Source: Rubrivivax sp. | GTDB taxonomy: Bacteria; Pseudomonadota; Gammaproteobacteria; Burkholderiales; Burkholderiaceae_C | Reading direction: 5' to 3' | DNA: 64,000 nt | NCBI GenBank assembly: GCA_016790395.1 | Contig: JAEUPH010000122.1 | Coordinates: 271-64,270 of the forward strand | Shown: in pieces, positions 9,142 to 18,021 of the stretch | Position numbering within the stretch: the stretch's first letter is position 1 | Layout of the letters: every line of letters begins with the position of its first letter | Made by a program: the position numbers and the translations under genes | Notes under the pieces: generated by a model | Seen by the model: only the letters and a program-made list of their open reading frames with translations | Databases searched by the model: none | Told to the model about the DNA's origin: nothing

Positions 9142-11142
9142 ATGGGAAACATCTCGGCATCGCGTGCCTTGAAGGGAGGCGTGGCCGTGTGGGCCGCGCT
9201 GTGGCTGGTGGCCTGTGGCGGCGGGGGCGGCGGCGCCACCGCGAACGACCCGGCGGGCGAGCCCGCGTCGCTGTCGGTCTCGCGGCCGGGCGAGCTGACG
9301 GTCTACGTGCAGAGCCGCCTGCGCCAGCGGCCGGCGGGCGGTGCCATGCTGGCCGGCGACGTGCAGCTCGCGCCCACGGCCGGCGCCTCGCCGGTGCCGC
9401 GTTCGTCCACCACGCTGCAGGAAGCCGGCGTCGATGAGCCCGACCTGCTGCAGGGCCGGGGCGACGCGTTCTTCGCGCTGTCGGCGAAGTCGCCCGCCGA
9501 AGGTGGTCCGGCATTCGCCGAGGTGCAGGCCTGGCGGCGCGGCAACGACGGCGTGGCCTCCCGCGCGGCGGCCTTGGCCCTGCCGTCCGACGAGGCCGTG
9601 ACCCTCGGCGTCGAAGGCATGGTGCTGAGCGACAGCGGCCAGGCGCTGGCCGTGCTGAGCCAGCGCTGGCACCGCAGCGACGGAGGCGGCGTGATCTGCC
9701 ACGACCTCTGTCCGGCCGATGCCGTCACGATGCTGCCCTTCTGGTGGTTCCGCTCCAGCGTGGCCGTCCACCGCGTGGATGTGACCGACGCGTCCGCGCC
9801 CAAGGCCGGCGAGCGCTTGGCCATCGACGGCCAGCTGGTGGCCGCAAGGCGCGTGGGCGACCAGCTGGTGCTGGTCACGACCTGGGTGCCGCAGCTGCCG
9901 GTGGACCGGCTGCCGCCCAACGCCACGGCCGCCGAGCGTGAGGCCGCCATCGCCAGCACCACCCCGGCCGACATCCTGCCGCGCATGCGCCGCAACGGCG
10001 GCGCGCCCACGGCGCTGCTGGGCGAGACCGACTGCTGGACGCAGCCCGGCAATGCCAGCACCGACGTGCAGGTCACCACCATCACGCTGCTGGACCTGCG
10101 CGCCGCCGACCTCGCGCCGCGCAGCCGCTGCTTCGTGGGCGGCACGCAGGCGCTTTACATGACGAGCGGCAGCCTGTACCTGGCCACCACGCGCTGGGTC
10201 TACGCCACCGGCATCGGCGGCATCGCCCTCGTCGGCTACCCCGCCGACATGCGCACCGACATCCACAAGTTCGCGTTCGGCGCGCAAGGCGTGAGCTACC
10301 GCGCCAGCGGCGATGTCCCGGGCCACCTGGGCTGGGACGCCCGTCAATCCAGCTACCGCTTCAGCGAGTGGAACGGTGACCTGCGGGTCGTCACCTTTAC
10401 CGGCAGCTTCGGCTGGGCCGGCGGGGCCGATCCGGCCACGCCGCCTTCACCGGCGCAGCTGAGCGTGCTGCGTGAACGGGCGGGCCAGGCCACGCTGCAG
10501 ACGGTGGCCACGCTGCCCAACACGCGCCGCCCCGAGCTGCTGGGCAAGCCCGGCGAGCAGCTGCGCGCCGTGCGCTTCGTCGGAGACCGTGGCTATGTCG
10601 TCACCTTCCGCCAGATCGACCCGCTCTACGTGCTGGACCTTGCCGACCCCGCAGACCCGAAGACCGCCGGCGCGCTGGAAGTGCCGGGCTTCTCGGACCA
10701 CCTGCTGCCCCTGGCCGACGGCCTGCTGCTGGGCGTGGGCCGCGACGTGGACCCCGACACCGGGCGCAACGCCGGCCTCAAGCTGGCGCTGTTCGACGTG
10801 CGCGACGCCGCGCGGCCCCTGGCACTGGACAGCGTGACGCTGGGGCGGGTGGGCAGCATGTCGGCGCTGGACGCTTCACCCCACGGCATCAACTGGCTGA
10901 CGACCGGCGGCGTGGCCCGCGTGGCCTTGCCGGTGGCGCTGGCCACCACGGGCGACTACAGCGGCTGGCAGCGGGGCCTGCAGCGCCTGGAGGTGGACCT
11001 GACAGCGCGCAGCCTGCGCATGCTGCCGCTGCTGGACGCGGTGTCCGAGTCACCCTGGGCGGTGGGTGATCAGCGCAGCCTGCAGATCGGCTCGCAGCTG
11101 TACCACTGGCGCGACGGCGCGCTGGCCAGCCATGCGTGGTGA
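9142..11142 (+). CDS. Beta-propeller domain-containing lipoprotein (Beta_propel family)
   Basis: Lipobox LVAC, TTLQEAGVDEPDL, FSEWNGDLRVVT, KPGEQLRAVRF, YVVTFRQIDPLYVLDL and LEVPGFSDHL. Purine-rich SD-like sequence upstream. Confidence 0.85.
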   Translation: MGNISASRALKGGVAVWAALWLVACGGGGGGATANDPAGEPASLSVSRPGELTVYVQSRLRQRPAGGAMLAGDVQLAPTAGASPVPRSSTTLQEAGVDEPDLLQGRGDAFFALSAKSPAEGGPAFAEVQAWRRGNDGVASRAAALALPSDEAVTLGVEGMVLSDSGQALAVLSQRWHRSDGGGVICHDLCPADAVTMLPFWWFRSSVAVHRVDVTDASAPKAGERLAIDGQLVAARRVGDQLVLVTTWVPQLPVDRLPPNATAAEREAAIASTTPADILPRMRRNGGAPTALLGETDCWTQPGNASTDVQVTTITLLDLRAADLAPRSRCFVGGTQALYMTSGSLYLATTRWVYATGIGGIALVGYPADMRTDIHKFAFGAQGVSYRASGDVPGHLGWDARQSSYRFSEWNGDLRVVTFTGSFGWAGGADPATPPSPAQLSVLRERAGQATLQTVATLPNTRRPELLGKPGEQLRAVRFVGDRGYVVTFRQIDPLYVLDLADPADPKTAGALEVPGFSDHLLPLADGLLLGVGRDVDPDTGRNAGLKLALFDVRDAARPLALDSVTLGRVGSMSALDASPHGINWLTTGGVARVALPVALATTGDYSGWQRGLQRLEVDLTARSLRMLPLLDAVSESPWAVGDQRSLQIGSQLYHWRDGALASHAW

Positions 11143-11587
11143 ACGCAGGTGGGCCCTGTGCCTCGTGGCGGGTGCGGTCCTGGCGGCCTGCGGCGGGTCA
11201 GACGACGGTGCGGACGAGATCGGGTTCAGCACGGTCGAGGCGTCTGCCTTCTCGGGCATCACCACGGCCACCACGGTCGTGGTGAGCAGCGCCAGCGACT
11301 GGGAGCCCTTGTGGGCCAGCCATGCCCGCTTTCGCATCCCGCCGCCGCCCGTGCCCGTGGTGGACTTCTCGCGCCACCAGCTGCTGGCCCTCTTCCTGGG
11401 TGGGCGGCCGAACGGCTGTTACGGCGTGGAGATCCGCCGCGTGCTCGACGACGGCCAGCGCCGCACGGTGGTGTATGCCGAGTCGGAACCAGGGCCGACG
11501 ATGCTGTGCAGCGCGGTCGCCACGTCGCCGATGCAGATCGTGCGCGTCACGGCCTCGCCGCTGCCGGTGGTGTTCCGCCGGGAGTGA
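11132..11587 (+). CDS. PrcB C-terminal-like domain lipoprotein
   Basis: Lipobox LAAC and PVVDFSRHQLLALFLGGRPNGCYGVEI...ATSPMQIVRV. Confidence 0.75.
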   Translation: MRGERRWALCLVAGAVLAACGGSDDGADEIGFSTVEASAFSGITTATTVVVSSASDWEPLWASHARFRIPPPPVPVVDFSRHQLLALFLGGRPNGCYGVEIRRVLDDGQRRTVVYAESEPGPTMLCSAVATSPMQIVRVTASPLPVVFRRE

Positions 11588-12242
11588 GCAGCGCCTGCAT
11601 GAAGCCCGCGAGCTTGGTGCCGTCGAGCCGGCCCTCGCTGCGCACCCCGGTGCACAGGTCCAGGCCGTGAGGCCGCACGGCGGCGACGGCCTCGGCCACG
11701 TTGTGCGCGCGCAGGCCGCCGGCCAGCCACAGCGGCCGCGGGTGCACGGCGTCGCGGATGCGGCGGCTCAGTGCCCAGTCGTGCGTGCGGCCGGTGCCAC
11801 CCAGCTCCTTCACCGCCAGCGCCGGGTTGCCGGAGTCCAGCAGCAGCGCGTCGACGTAGGGCAGCACGGCCAGCGCTTCGTCGACCGACGCTTCGCCCGC
11901 GACATGGACCACCTGCACCAGCTCCACGCCCGGCCGCAGCCGGCGCAGGCGCCGCAGTTCCTCGTGCGGCACCTCGTCCACCAGCTGCAGCGTGGTGGTG
12001 CCGGCGCGCGCATGCTGTTCGGCGATGGCCTCGGCCTCGACACGGGCGGTGAGCAGGAAGGTGCGAACCGGCAGGCCGCGCACGGCGGCCGCGATCTCGG
12101 CGATGCGCTCGTCGTCGATCACGCCCGGCCCGCTGGGCATGGCCGACACCAGCCCCAGCGCCGCCGCGCCGGCCGCCACCGCCTGCCGCGCCTCATCGAC
12201 GCTGCCGATGCAGCAGACCTTGACGCGCGGCGCGGCGCTCAA
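11547..12242 (-). CDS. Phosphoribosylanthranilate isomerase (TrpF)-family protein, stand-alone
   Basis: RVKVCCI, LLLDSG...ELGGTGRTHDW, LWLAGGL and GLDLCTGV. The TTG start overlaps the RND stop. Confidence 0.8.
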   Translation of the reverse strand: MSAAPRVKVCCIGSVDEARQAVAAGAAALGLVSAMPSGPGVIDDERIAEIAAAVRGLPVRTFLLTARVEAEAIAEQHARAGTTTLQLVDEVPHEELRRLRRLRPGVELVQVVHVAGEASVDEALAVLPYVDALLLDSGNPALAVKELGGTGRTHDWALSRRIRDAVHPRPLWLAGGLRAHNVAEAVAAVRPHGLDLCTGVRSEGRLDGTKLAGFMQALLTPGGTPPAAARP

Positions 12243-15200
12243 TCGGCCCCCGCGGGCGAACCCTCCAGCCGCTCGGGCGTGGTGACCGGGCCCTTGCCGC
12301 TGAAGCGGTCGAGCGCGAGGTAGATCACCGGCGTGATGTAGAGCGTGATGGCCTGGCTGAAGATCAGCCCGCCCACCACCGCCAGGCCCAGCGGCTGGCG
12401 CAGCTCTGCGCCGGCGCCCAGGCCCAGGGCGATGGGCAGCGCGCCCATCAGCGCCGCCAGCGTCGTCATCATGATCGGCCGGAAGCGCAGGATGCAGGCC
12501 TCGCGGATGGCCGGCAGCGGCGCTGCGCCGTGCTGCCGCTGCGCGTCGAGCGCGAAGTCGATCATCATGATCGCGTTCTTCTTCACGATGCCGATGAGCA
12601 GCAGGATGCCGATGGTGGCGATCAGCGTCAGGTCCTGCCCGAAGAGCATCAGCGTGGCCAGCGCGCCCACGGCCGCAGAAGGCAGGCCGGCCAGGATGGT
12701 GAGCGGGTGGATGTAGCTCTCGTACAGCACGCCCAGCAGCACGTAGATGACCAGCAGCGCCGCGATGATGAGGATGGCCTGGCTGCCCTGGCTGCTCTTG
12801 AACACCGCGGCGTCGCCGCCGTAGCTGGCGATGATGCTCGCCGGCATGCGCACCGCCTCGCGCGCGGCCTCGATCTTCGCCGTGGCGTCGCCCAGGGCCA
12901 CGCCCGGCGCCAGGTTGAAGCTCACCGTCACCGCCTGCAGCTGGCCGACGTGGTTGATGGCCGTGGCGCCCACCGTGCGCTCCACGGTGGCGAAGGCCGA
13001 CAGCGGCACCAGCGTGCCCGTGTTGGCACGCACGTAGATGCCGCCAAAGGCGGTCTCGTCGCGCTTGGCCTCGGGCGCCACTTCCATGATGACCTGGTAG
13101 CTGTCCGTCGGCAGGTAGATGGTGCTGACCTGGCGCTCGCCGAAGGCGCTGTACAGCGCCGTGCGGATGGCGTCGACCGACACGCCCAGCGTGTTGGCGC
13201 GGTCGCGGTCGATCTTCAACTGCGCCTGCAGCGCGCGCAGCTGGCTGTCGCTGGTGACGTCGCGGAACATGGGGTCGGCGCGCAGCCGTTCCTGCAGCTT
13301 GCCTGCCCAGTCGCCCAGCTCGTCGGCGCGCACGCTCTGCAGGATGTACTGGAACTGCGCCTTGCTCTGGCGCCCGCCCAGCTGCAGGTTCTGCACCGGC
13401 CGCATGAAGACGTTCAGGCCCGCCACCTCGCGCAGCTTGCGGCGCAGGCCTTCCACCACCTGCTTCATGGGCAGCCGCTCGGCCCGCGGCTTGAGCGTGA
13501 TGAACATGCGGCCCGTGTTCTGCGAACCACCGCCGCCATTGAAGGAGCTGACGGCCAGCACGTTGGGGTCGTTGCGGAAGATGGCCGCGGCGCGCTCCTG
13601 CAGCTGCACCATGGCCGGGAAGGAGGTGTCCTCGGCGGCTTCGGTGCTGACCTGGATCTGCCCGATGTCCTCTTCCGGGAAGAAGCCCTTGGGGATGACG
13701 ACGAAGAGCCAGGCCGTGGCCACGAAGGTCAGCAGCGCCACCACCAGCACGCTCTTGCGGTGCGCCAGCGCGAAGTCCAGCGAACGGGTGTAGCTGGCCA
13801 GCGTGGCGTTGAAGCCATGCTCGAACCGGCGCACCAGCCACCCCGGCGGCTTCGCATGCGCCTCGTCCTTCAGGAAGCGGCTGGCCAGCATGGGCACCAG
13901 CGTCAGCGAGACGAAGGCCGAGACCAGGATGGCCAGACCCACCACGACGGCGAACTCGTGGAACAGCAGGCCGATGACGCCCGGCATGAAGAAGATCGGG
14001 ATGAACACCGCGATCAGCGAGCTGCTGATGCTGATGATGGTGAAGCCCACCTCGCGCGAGCCGCGCAGCGCCGCCTGGAACGGCGGCTCGCCGTTCTCCA
14101 CGTGGCGCATGATGTTCTCCAGCATCACGATGGCGTCGTCCACCACCAGGCCCACGGCCAGCGTCAGGCCCAGCAGCGAGATGTTGTCCAGGCTGTAGTT
14201 CAGCCCCCACAGCAGCGCCACCGCGCCGACCAGGCTGACCGGCAGGCTCAGCGTGGGGATCACCGTGGCCACGAAGCGGCGCAGGAACAGGAAGATGACC
14301 AGCACCACCAGCGCGATGGTGCCCATCAGCGTGAGCGTCACGTCGTGCAGCGCTTCGCGCACGCTCAGCGAGCGGTCGTTGACCGGCCGCATGTTGATGG
14401 ACTGCGGCAGCTGCGCGCGCAGCGCCGGCAGCGCGGCGCGCACGGCGTCCACGACGCGCACGGTGTTGGCGCCGGGCTGGCGCAGCACGGCCAGGGTGAT
14501 GGAGTTCTCGCCGTTGAGCGTGGCCCAGCTCTTCAGCGTCTCCAGGCTGTCGATGACCTGCGCCACGTCCTTCAGCCGCACCGGGTTGCCGTTGCGGTTG
14601 GCGACGATCAGCTCGGCGAACTCGGCCGCGTTCTTCAGCTGTTTGTTGGCCTGCAGCGTGAGGGTCTGGCGCGGGCCCTCCAGCGTGCCCACCGGCGTGT
14701 TGACGTTGGCGGCGCGCAGCGCGGCGCTGAGCTCGTCCAGGCCGATGTTGCGCGCGGCCAGCGCGTCGGGCAGCACGCGCACGCGCACGGCGAAGCGCTT
14801 GGCGCCGAAGATGTTGACCTGCGCCACGCCTTCGATGGTGGACAGCGTGGGCACGATCAGGTGCTCGGCGAAATCCTGCAGCTCGGCAGGCGCGAGCGAC
14901 GGCGTGGTCATCGCCACCAGCAGCACCGGCGCGTCGGCCGGGTTCACCTTGCGGTAGCTGGGCGGGCTGGTCATGTCCTGCGGCAGTGCGCGCTGCGCGC
15001 GCAGCAACGCGGCCTGCACGTCCACGGCGGCGGCATCGATGTCGCGGCCTTCCTCGAACTCCAGCGTCAGGCTGGTGCCGCCCAGCGTGCTGCTGGAGCT
15101 GATGGTCTTCAGGCCCGGGATGGTCTGGAACTGCTTCTCCAGCGGCAGCGCCACGCTGGTGGCCATGGTCTCGGGGTTGGCCCCGGGCAGGCTGGCGCTG

Positions 15201-15340
15201 ACGCTGATCACCGGCGTGTCGTAGCTGGGCAGCGCCGCCACCGGGATGCTGCGGTAGCCGATGACGCCGGCCAGCACGATGGCGGCGTTCAGCAGCACCG
15301 TCATCACCGGACGGCGGATGAAGAGTTCGCTGAGGTTCAT
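12239..15340 (-). CDS. RND efflux permease (MdtB/MdtC-like)
   Basis: MNLSELFIRRPVMT, GLVVDDAIVMLENI, GIVKKNAIMMIDFA and LRFRPIMMTT. Confidence 0.95.
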   Translation of the reverse strand: MNLSELFIRRPVMTVLLNAAIVLAGVIGYRSIPVAALPSYDTPVISVSASLPGANPETMATSVALPLEKQFQTIPGLKTISSSSTLGGTSLTLEFEEGRDIDAAAVDVQAALLRAQRALPQDMTSPPSYRKVNPADAPVLLVAMTTPSLAPAELQDFAEHLIVPTLSTIEGVAQVNIFGAKRFAVRVRVLPDALAARNIGLDELSAALRAANVNTPVGTLEGPRQTLTLQANKQLKNAAEFAELIVANRNGNPVRLKDVAQVIDSLETLKSWATLNGENSITLAVLRQPGANTVRVVDAVRAALPALRAQLPQSINMRPVNDRSLSVREALHDVTLTLMGTIALVVLVIFLFLRRFVATVIPTLSLPVSLVGAVALLWGLNYSLDNISLLGLTLAVGLVVDDAIVMLENIMRHVENGEPPFQAALRGSREVGFTIISISSSLIAVFIPIFFMPGVIGLLFHEFAVVVGLAILVSAFVSLTLVPMLASRFLKDEAHAKPPGWLVRRFEHGFNATLASYTRSLDFALAHRKSVLVVALLTFVATAWLFVVIPKGFFPEEDIGQIQVSTEAAEDTSFPAMVQLQERAAAIFRNDPNVLAVSSFNGGGGSQNTGRMFITLKPRAERLPMKQVVEGLRRKLREVAGLNVFMRPVQNLQLGGRQSKAQFQYILQSVRADELGDWAGKLQERLRADPMFRDVTSDSQLRALQAQLKIDRDRANTLGVSVDAIRTALYSAFGERQVSTIYLPTDSYQVIMEVAPEAKRDETAFGGIYVRANTGTLVPLSAFATVERTVGATAINHVGQLQAVTVSFNLAPGVALGDATAKIEAAREAVRMPASIIASYGGDAAVFKSSQGSQAILIIAALLVIYVLLGVLYESYIHPLTILAGLPSAAVGALATLMLFGQDLTLIATIGILLLIGIVKKNAIMMIDFALDAQRQHGAAPLPAIREACILRFRPIMMTTLAALMGALPIALGLGAGAELRQPLGLAVVGGLIFSQAITLYITPVIYLALDRFSGKGPVTTPERLEGSPAGAD

Positions 15341-16590
15341 GGCGAGGGCGCCTTGCTGCCGGCCGGCGGGCCGCCCGCCCCGGCGTCGGAGGCGCCGCGC
15401 CCGCCACGGCCGGCGCCGCTGGCCGCGGGCCCGCCCTCGCGCGGACGCTCGACGACGGTGGAGCCCGGGCGCAGGTTCTGGCGACCGTCCAGCACGATGC
15501 GTTCGCCCGGCTTCACGCCCGAGACGGCGGCGTCGTCGCCCTGGGCCTGGAGCACCTGCACCGGCCGCGGCTGGGCCTGGTTGTCGCGCACGGTGTAGAC
15601 GATGGGGCCACGCGCCGTCTGGATGATGGCGGCCTGCGGCACCACCACTGCGCCGGTCAGGGTGCGGGCCGTCATCGAGACGTTGACGAAGGCCCCGGGC
15701 CAGAGCTTGCCGTCCTTGTTGTCGAACAGCGCCTTCACCTTCACCGTGCCGGTGCTGGCGTCGACGCTGTTGTCGACGAACTTGAGGCGACCGGCCAGCA
15801 CGCCGGACTCCGGCAGCGTGGCCGAGACCGGTGCCCCGCCATCCTTCAACGCCACCAGCGCATCGGCCAGGTGGCGCTGCGGCAGGCTGAAAGCCACGGT
15901 GATGGGGTCCAGCTGGGTGATGGTGACCAGCGAGGTCTGGTTGGCCTGCACCGCGCTGCCCGGGAACACGTTGATGGCGCCCAGCCGGCCGGCGCTGGGC
16001 GCGGTGACGCGGGTGTACGAGAGCGCCAGGCGTGCCGCGTCCAGCGCCGCGCGGCTGGCGGCCACGGCGGCCTGCTGGCTCTGCGCACTGGTGAGCGTGG
16101 TGTCCACCGCGCCCTGCGAGACGAAGTTCTGCGCCAGCAGCTCCTGGCTGCGCTTGAGCTGGCGCTGGGCATCGGCGAGCGCGGCCTCGTCGCGCGCCAG
16201 CTGGGCGCGGGCCTTGGCCACGTTGGCTTCGTCGGCCCGCGCGTCCAGCGTGAACAGCAGCTGCCCGGCCTTCACGAACTGGCCTTCCTTCACGTGCACC
16301 TGGGCCAGCAGGTTGGTGGTCTGTGCGCGCACGTCCACGCTGGACAAGGGCGCCACGCTGCCGGTGGCGGTGATGAGCACGGGCAGGTCGCGCTGCTGCG
16401 CCCTCACCGTGACCACGCTCACCGGCGGGGCCGAAGCGGCCGGCGCCGGCCCGGAGGCCGCGGCAGCGCCCGAAGCGGCAGCCGGCGCGGCACCTTCGGG
16501 GCGCTGCCCGCAGGCCGCCAGCAGCGCCAGCACCAGGCTGGAGGCGGCGCGGAGCGTGGCGCGCGGGCGGGCATTCGGTGAGCGGGTCAT
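15337..16590 (-). CDS. RND efflux periplasmic adaptor (MdtA-like lipoprotein)
   Basis: LAAC lipobox, EGQFVKAGQLLF, YTRVTAP, VDASTGTVKVKA and LWPGAFV. Confidence 0.92.
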   Translation of the reverse strand: MTRSPNARPRATLRAASSLVLALLAACGQRPEGAAPAAASGAAAASGPAPAASAPPVSVVTVRAQQRDLPVLITATGSVAPLSSVDVRAQTTNLLAQVHVKEGQFVKAGQLLFTLDARADEANVAKARAQLARDEAALADAQRQLKRSQELLAQNFVSQGAVDTTLTSAQSQQAAVAASRAALDAARLALSYTRVTAPSAGRLGAINVFPGSAVQANQTSLVTITQLDPITVAFSLPQRHLADALVALKDGGAPVSATLPESGVLAGRLKFVDNSVDASTGTVKVKALFDNKDGKLWPGAFVNVSMTARTLTGAVVVPQAAIIQTARGPIVYTVRDNQAQPRPVQVLQAQGDDAAVSGVKPGERIVLDGRQNLRPGSTVVERPREGGPAASGAGRGGRGASDAGAGGPPAGSKAPSP

Positions 16591-16700
16591 GGGTCGGGTC
16601 CAACGGTTCTTGCGGTCCAGCCTACCACCGGCACCGGCTCCCGGGCCGCTGCGCACGGGGCAGACAAGATTCTTTGCAGGCCCGGCGAGGCCGGCACGCT

Positions 16701-18011
16701 TCAGCCGATGCGTTCGGCGACCAGGGGCCGCGGCGCCGGCGCCGCCTCGGCGATGGTCAGGGCGGCCTGCACCGCCGCGATGGCCGCTGCCGCGCCATCG
16801 GCATCGGCGGCGTGCACACGCGCCAGCGGCTCGCCCGCCTGCACCGCCGTGCCCAGCGCGCACAGCTGCGACAGGCCCACGCGCGGGTCCACGCGGTCGC
16901 CCGGCAGGCGGCGGCCGCCGCCCAGCGCCACGACCGCGAAGCCGAGCGCGCGCACGTCGGCCGTGGCGACGAAGCCGCTGCGCGGTGCCGGCACGTCCAG
17001 CACCACGGGGGCGACCGGCAGGCCCGGCGCGCGCAGCACGTCGGGCGGTCCGCCCAGCGCCGCCACCATGCGCGCGAAGCGCTCGGCGGCTTCGCCACGG
17101 TCCAGCGCGCGCTGCGCCATGGCGCGGCCTTCTTCGGCGGTGGCGGCCAGGTCGCCCAGCCGCAGCATCTCGGCGGCCAGGGCCAGCGTGCATTCGTGCA
17201 GGCGCGGCTCGCGGGCGGCGCCGGTGAGGTAGGCCAGCGTCTCCTGCATCTCCAGCGCGTTGCCGGCGGTCCACCCCAGCACTTCGTTCATGTCGGTGAT
17301 GAGCGCGCGGGCCGGCAGGCCGGCGCCGCGCGCCACCTCCACCAGGCTGGTGGCCAGCTCGCGCGCCTGGGTCATCGTGGGCGCGAAGGCGCCGCTGCCC
17401 ACCTTCACGTCCAGCACCAGGCCCTGCAGCCCGGCCGCCAGCTTCTTGCTGAGGATGCTGCCGGTGATCAGCGGCACGCTTTCCACCGTGGCCGTGACGT
17501 CGCGGATGGCATAGAGCCGGCGGTCGGCCGGCGCCAGCGCCGCGGAGGCGCCGACGATGGCGCAGCCGCACTCGCGCAGCGTGGCCAGCAGCGTGCTGCG
17601 CGGCGGGTCCACCGTGTAGCCGGGCAGCGCTTCCAGCTTGTCCAGCGTGCCACCGGTGTGGCCCAGGCCGCGGCCACTGATCATCGGCACCACGCCGCCA
17701 CAGGCCGCGACGATGGGCGCCAGCATCAGGCTGACCTTGTCGCCCACGCCGCCGGTGGAGTGCTTGTCGAGGATCGGGCCCGGCAGCGCGGCGCCCCCCC
17801 AGGCCAGCACCTCGCCGGAGCGCGTCATGGCGCGTGTCAGCGCCACGGTCTCGTCGCGGTCCATGCCGCGCAGCAGGATGGCCATGGCCAGCGCCGCGGC
17901 CTGGCTGTCGCTCCAGGCGCCGCTGACCAGACCGTCCACGAAGTGGCCGATCTGCTGTGCCGACAGCGCGCCGCCGTCGCGTTTCCTGGCAATCACTTCG
18001 GCGGGCAGCAT
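16701..18011 (-). CDS. deoA: Thymidine phosphorylase
   Basis: DKHSTGGVGDK, ISGRGLGHTGGTLDKLE and SILSKKLAAG. Confidence 0.93.
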   Translation of the reverse strand: MLPAEVIARKRDGGALSAQQIGHFVDGLVSGAWSDSQAAALAMAILLRGMDRDETVALTRAMTRSGEVLAWGGAALPGPILDKHSTGGVGDKVSLMLAPIVAACGGVVPMISGRGLGHTGGTLDKLEALPGYTVDPPRSTLLATLRECGCAIVGASAALAPADRRLYAIRDVTATVESVPLITGSILSKKLAAGLQGLVLDVKVGSGAFAPTMTQARELATSLVEVARGAGLPARALITDMNEVLGWTAGNALEMQETLAYLTGAAREPRLHECTLALAAEMLRLGDLAATAEEGRAMAQRALDRGEAAERFARMVAALGGPPDVLRAPGLPVAPVVLDVPAPRSGFVATADVRALGFAVVALGGGRRLPGDRVDPRVGLSQLCALGTAVQAGEPLARVHAADADGAAAAIAAVQAALTIAEAAPAPRPLVAERIG

Positions 18012-18021
18012 GCCTGGGCCT

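Noticed and set aside
12530-15598. Long antisense ORFs (e.g. 12530-15598, 35186-38020, 54872-58180)
   Set aside because: They are shadow frames of real genes caused by GC3 bias, with no motifs of their own.
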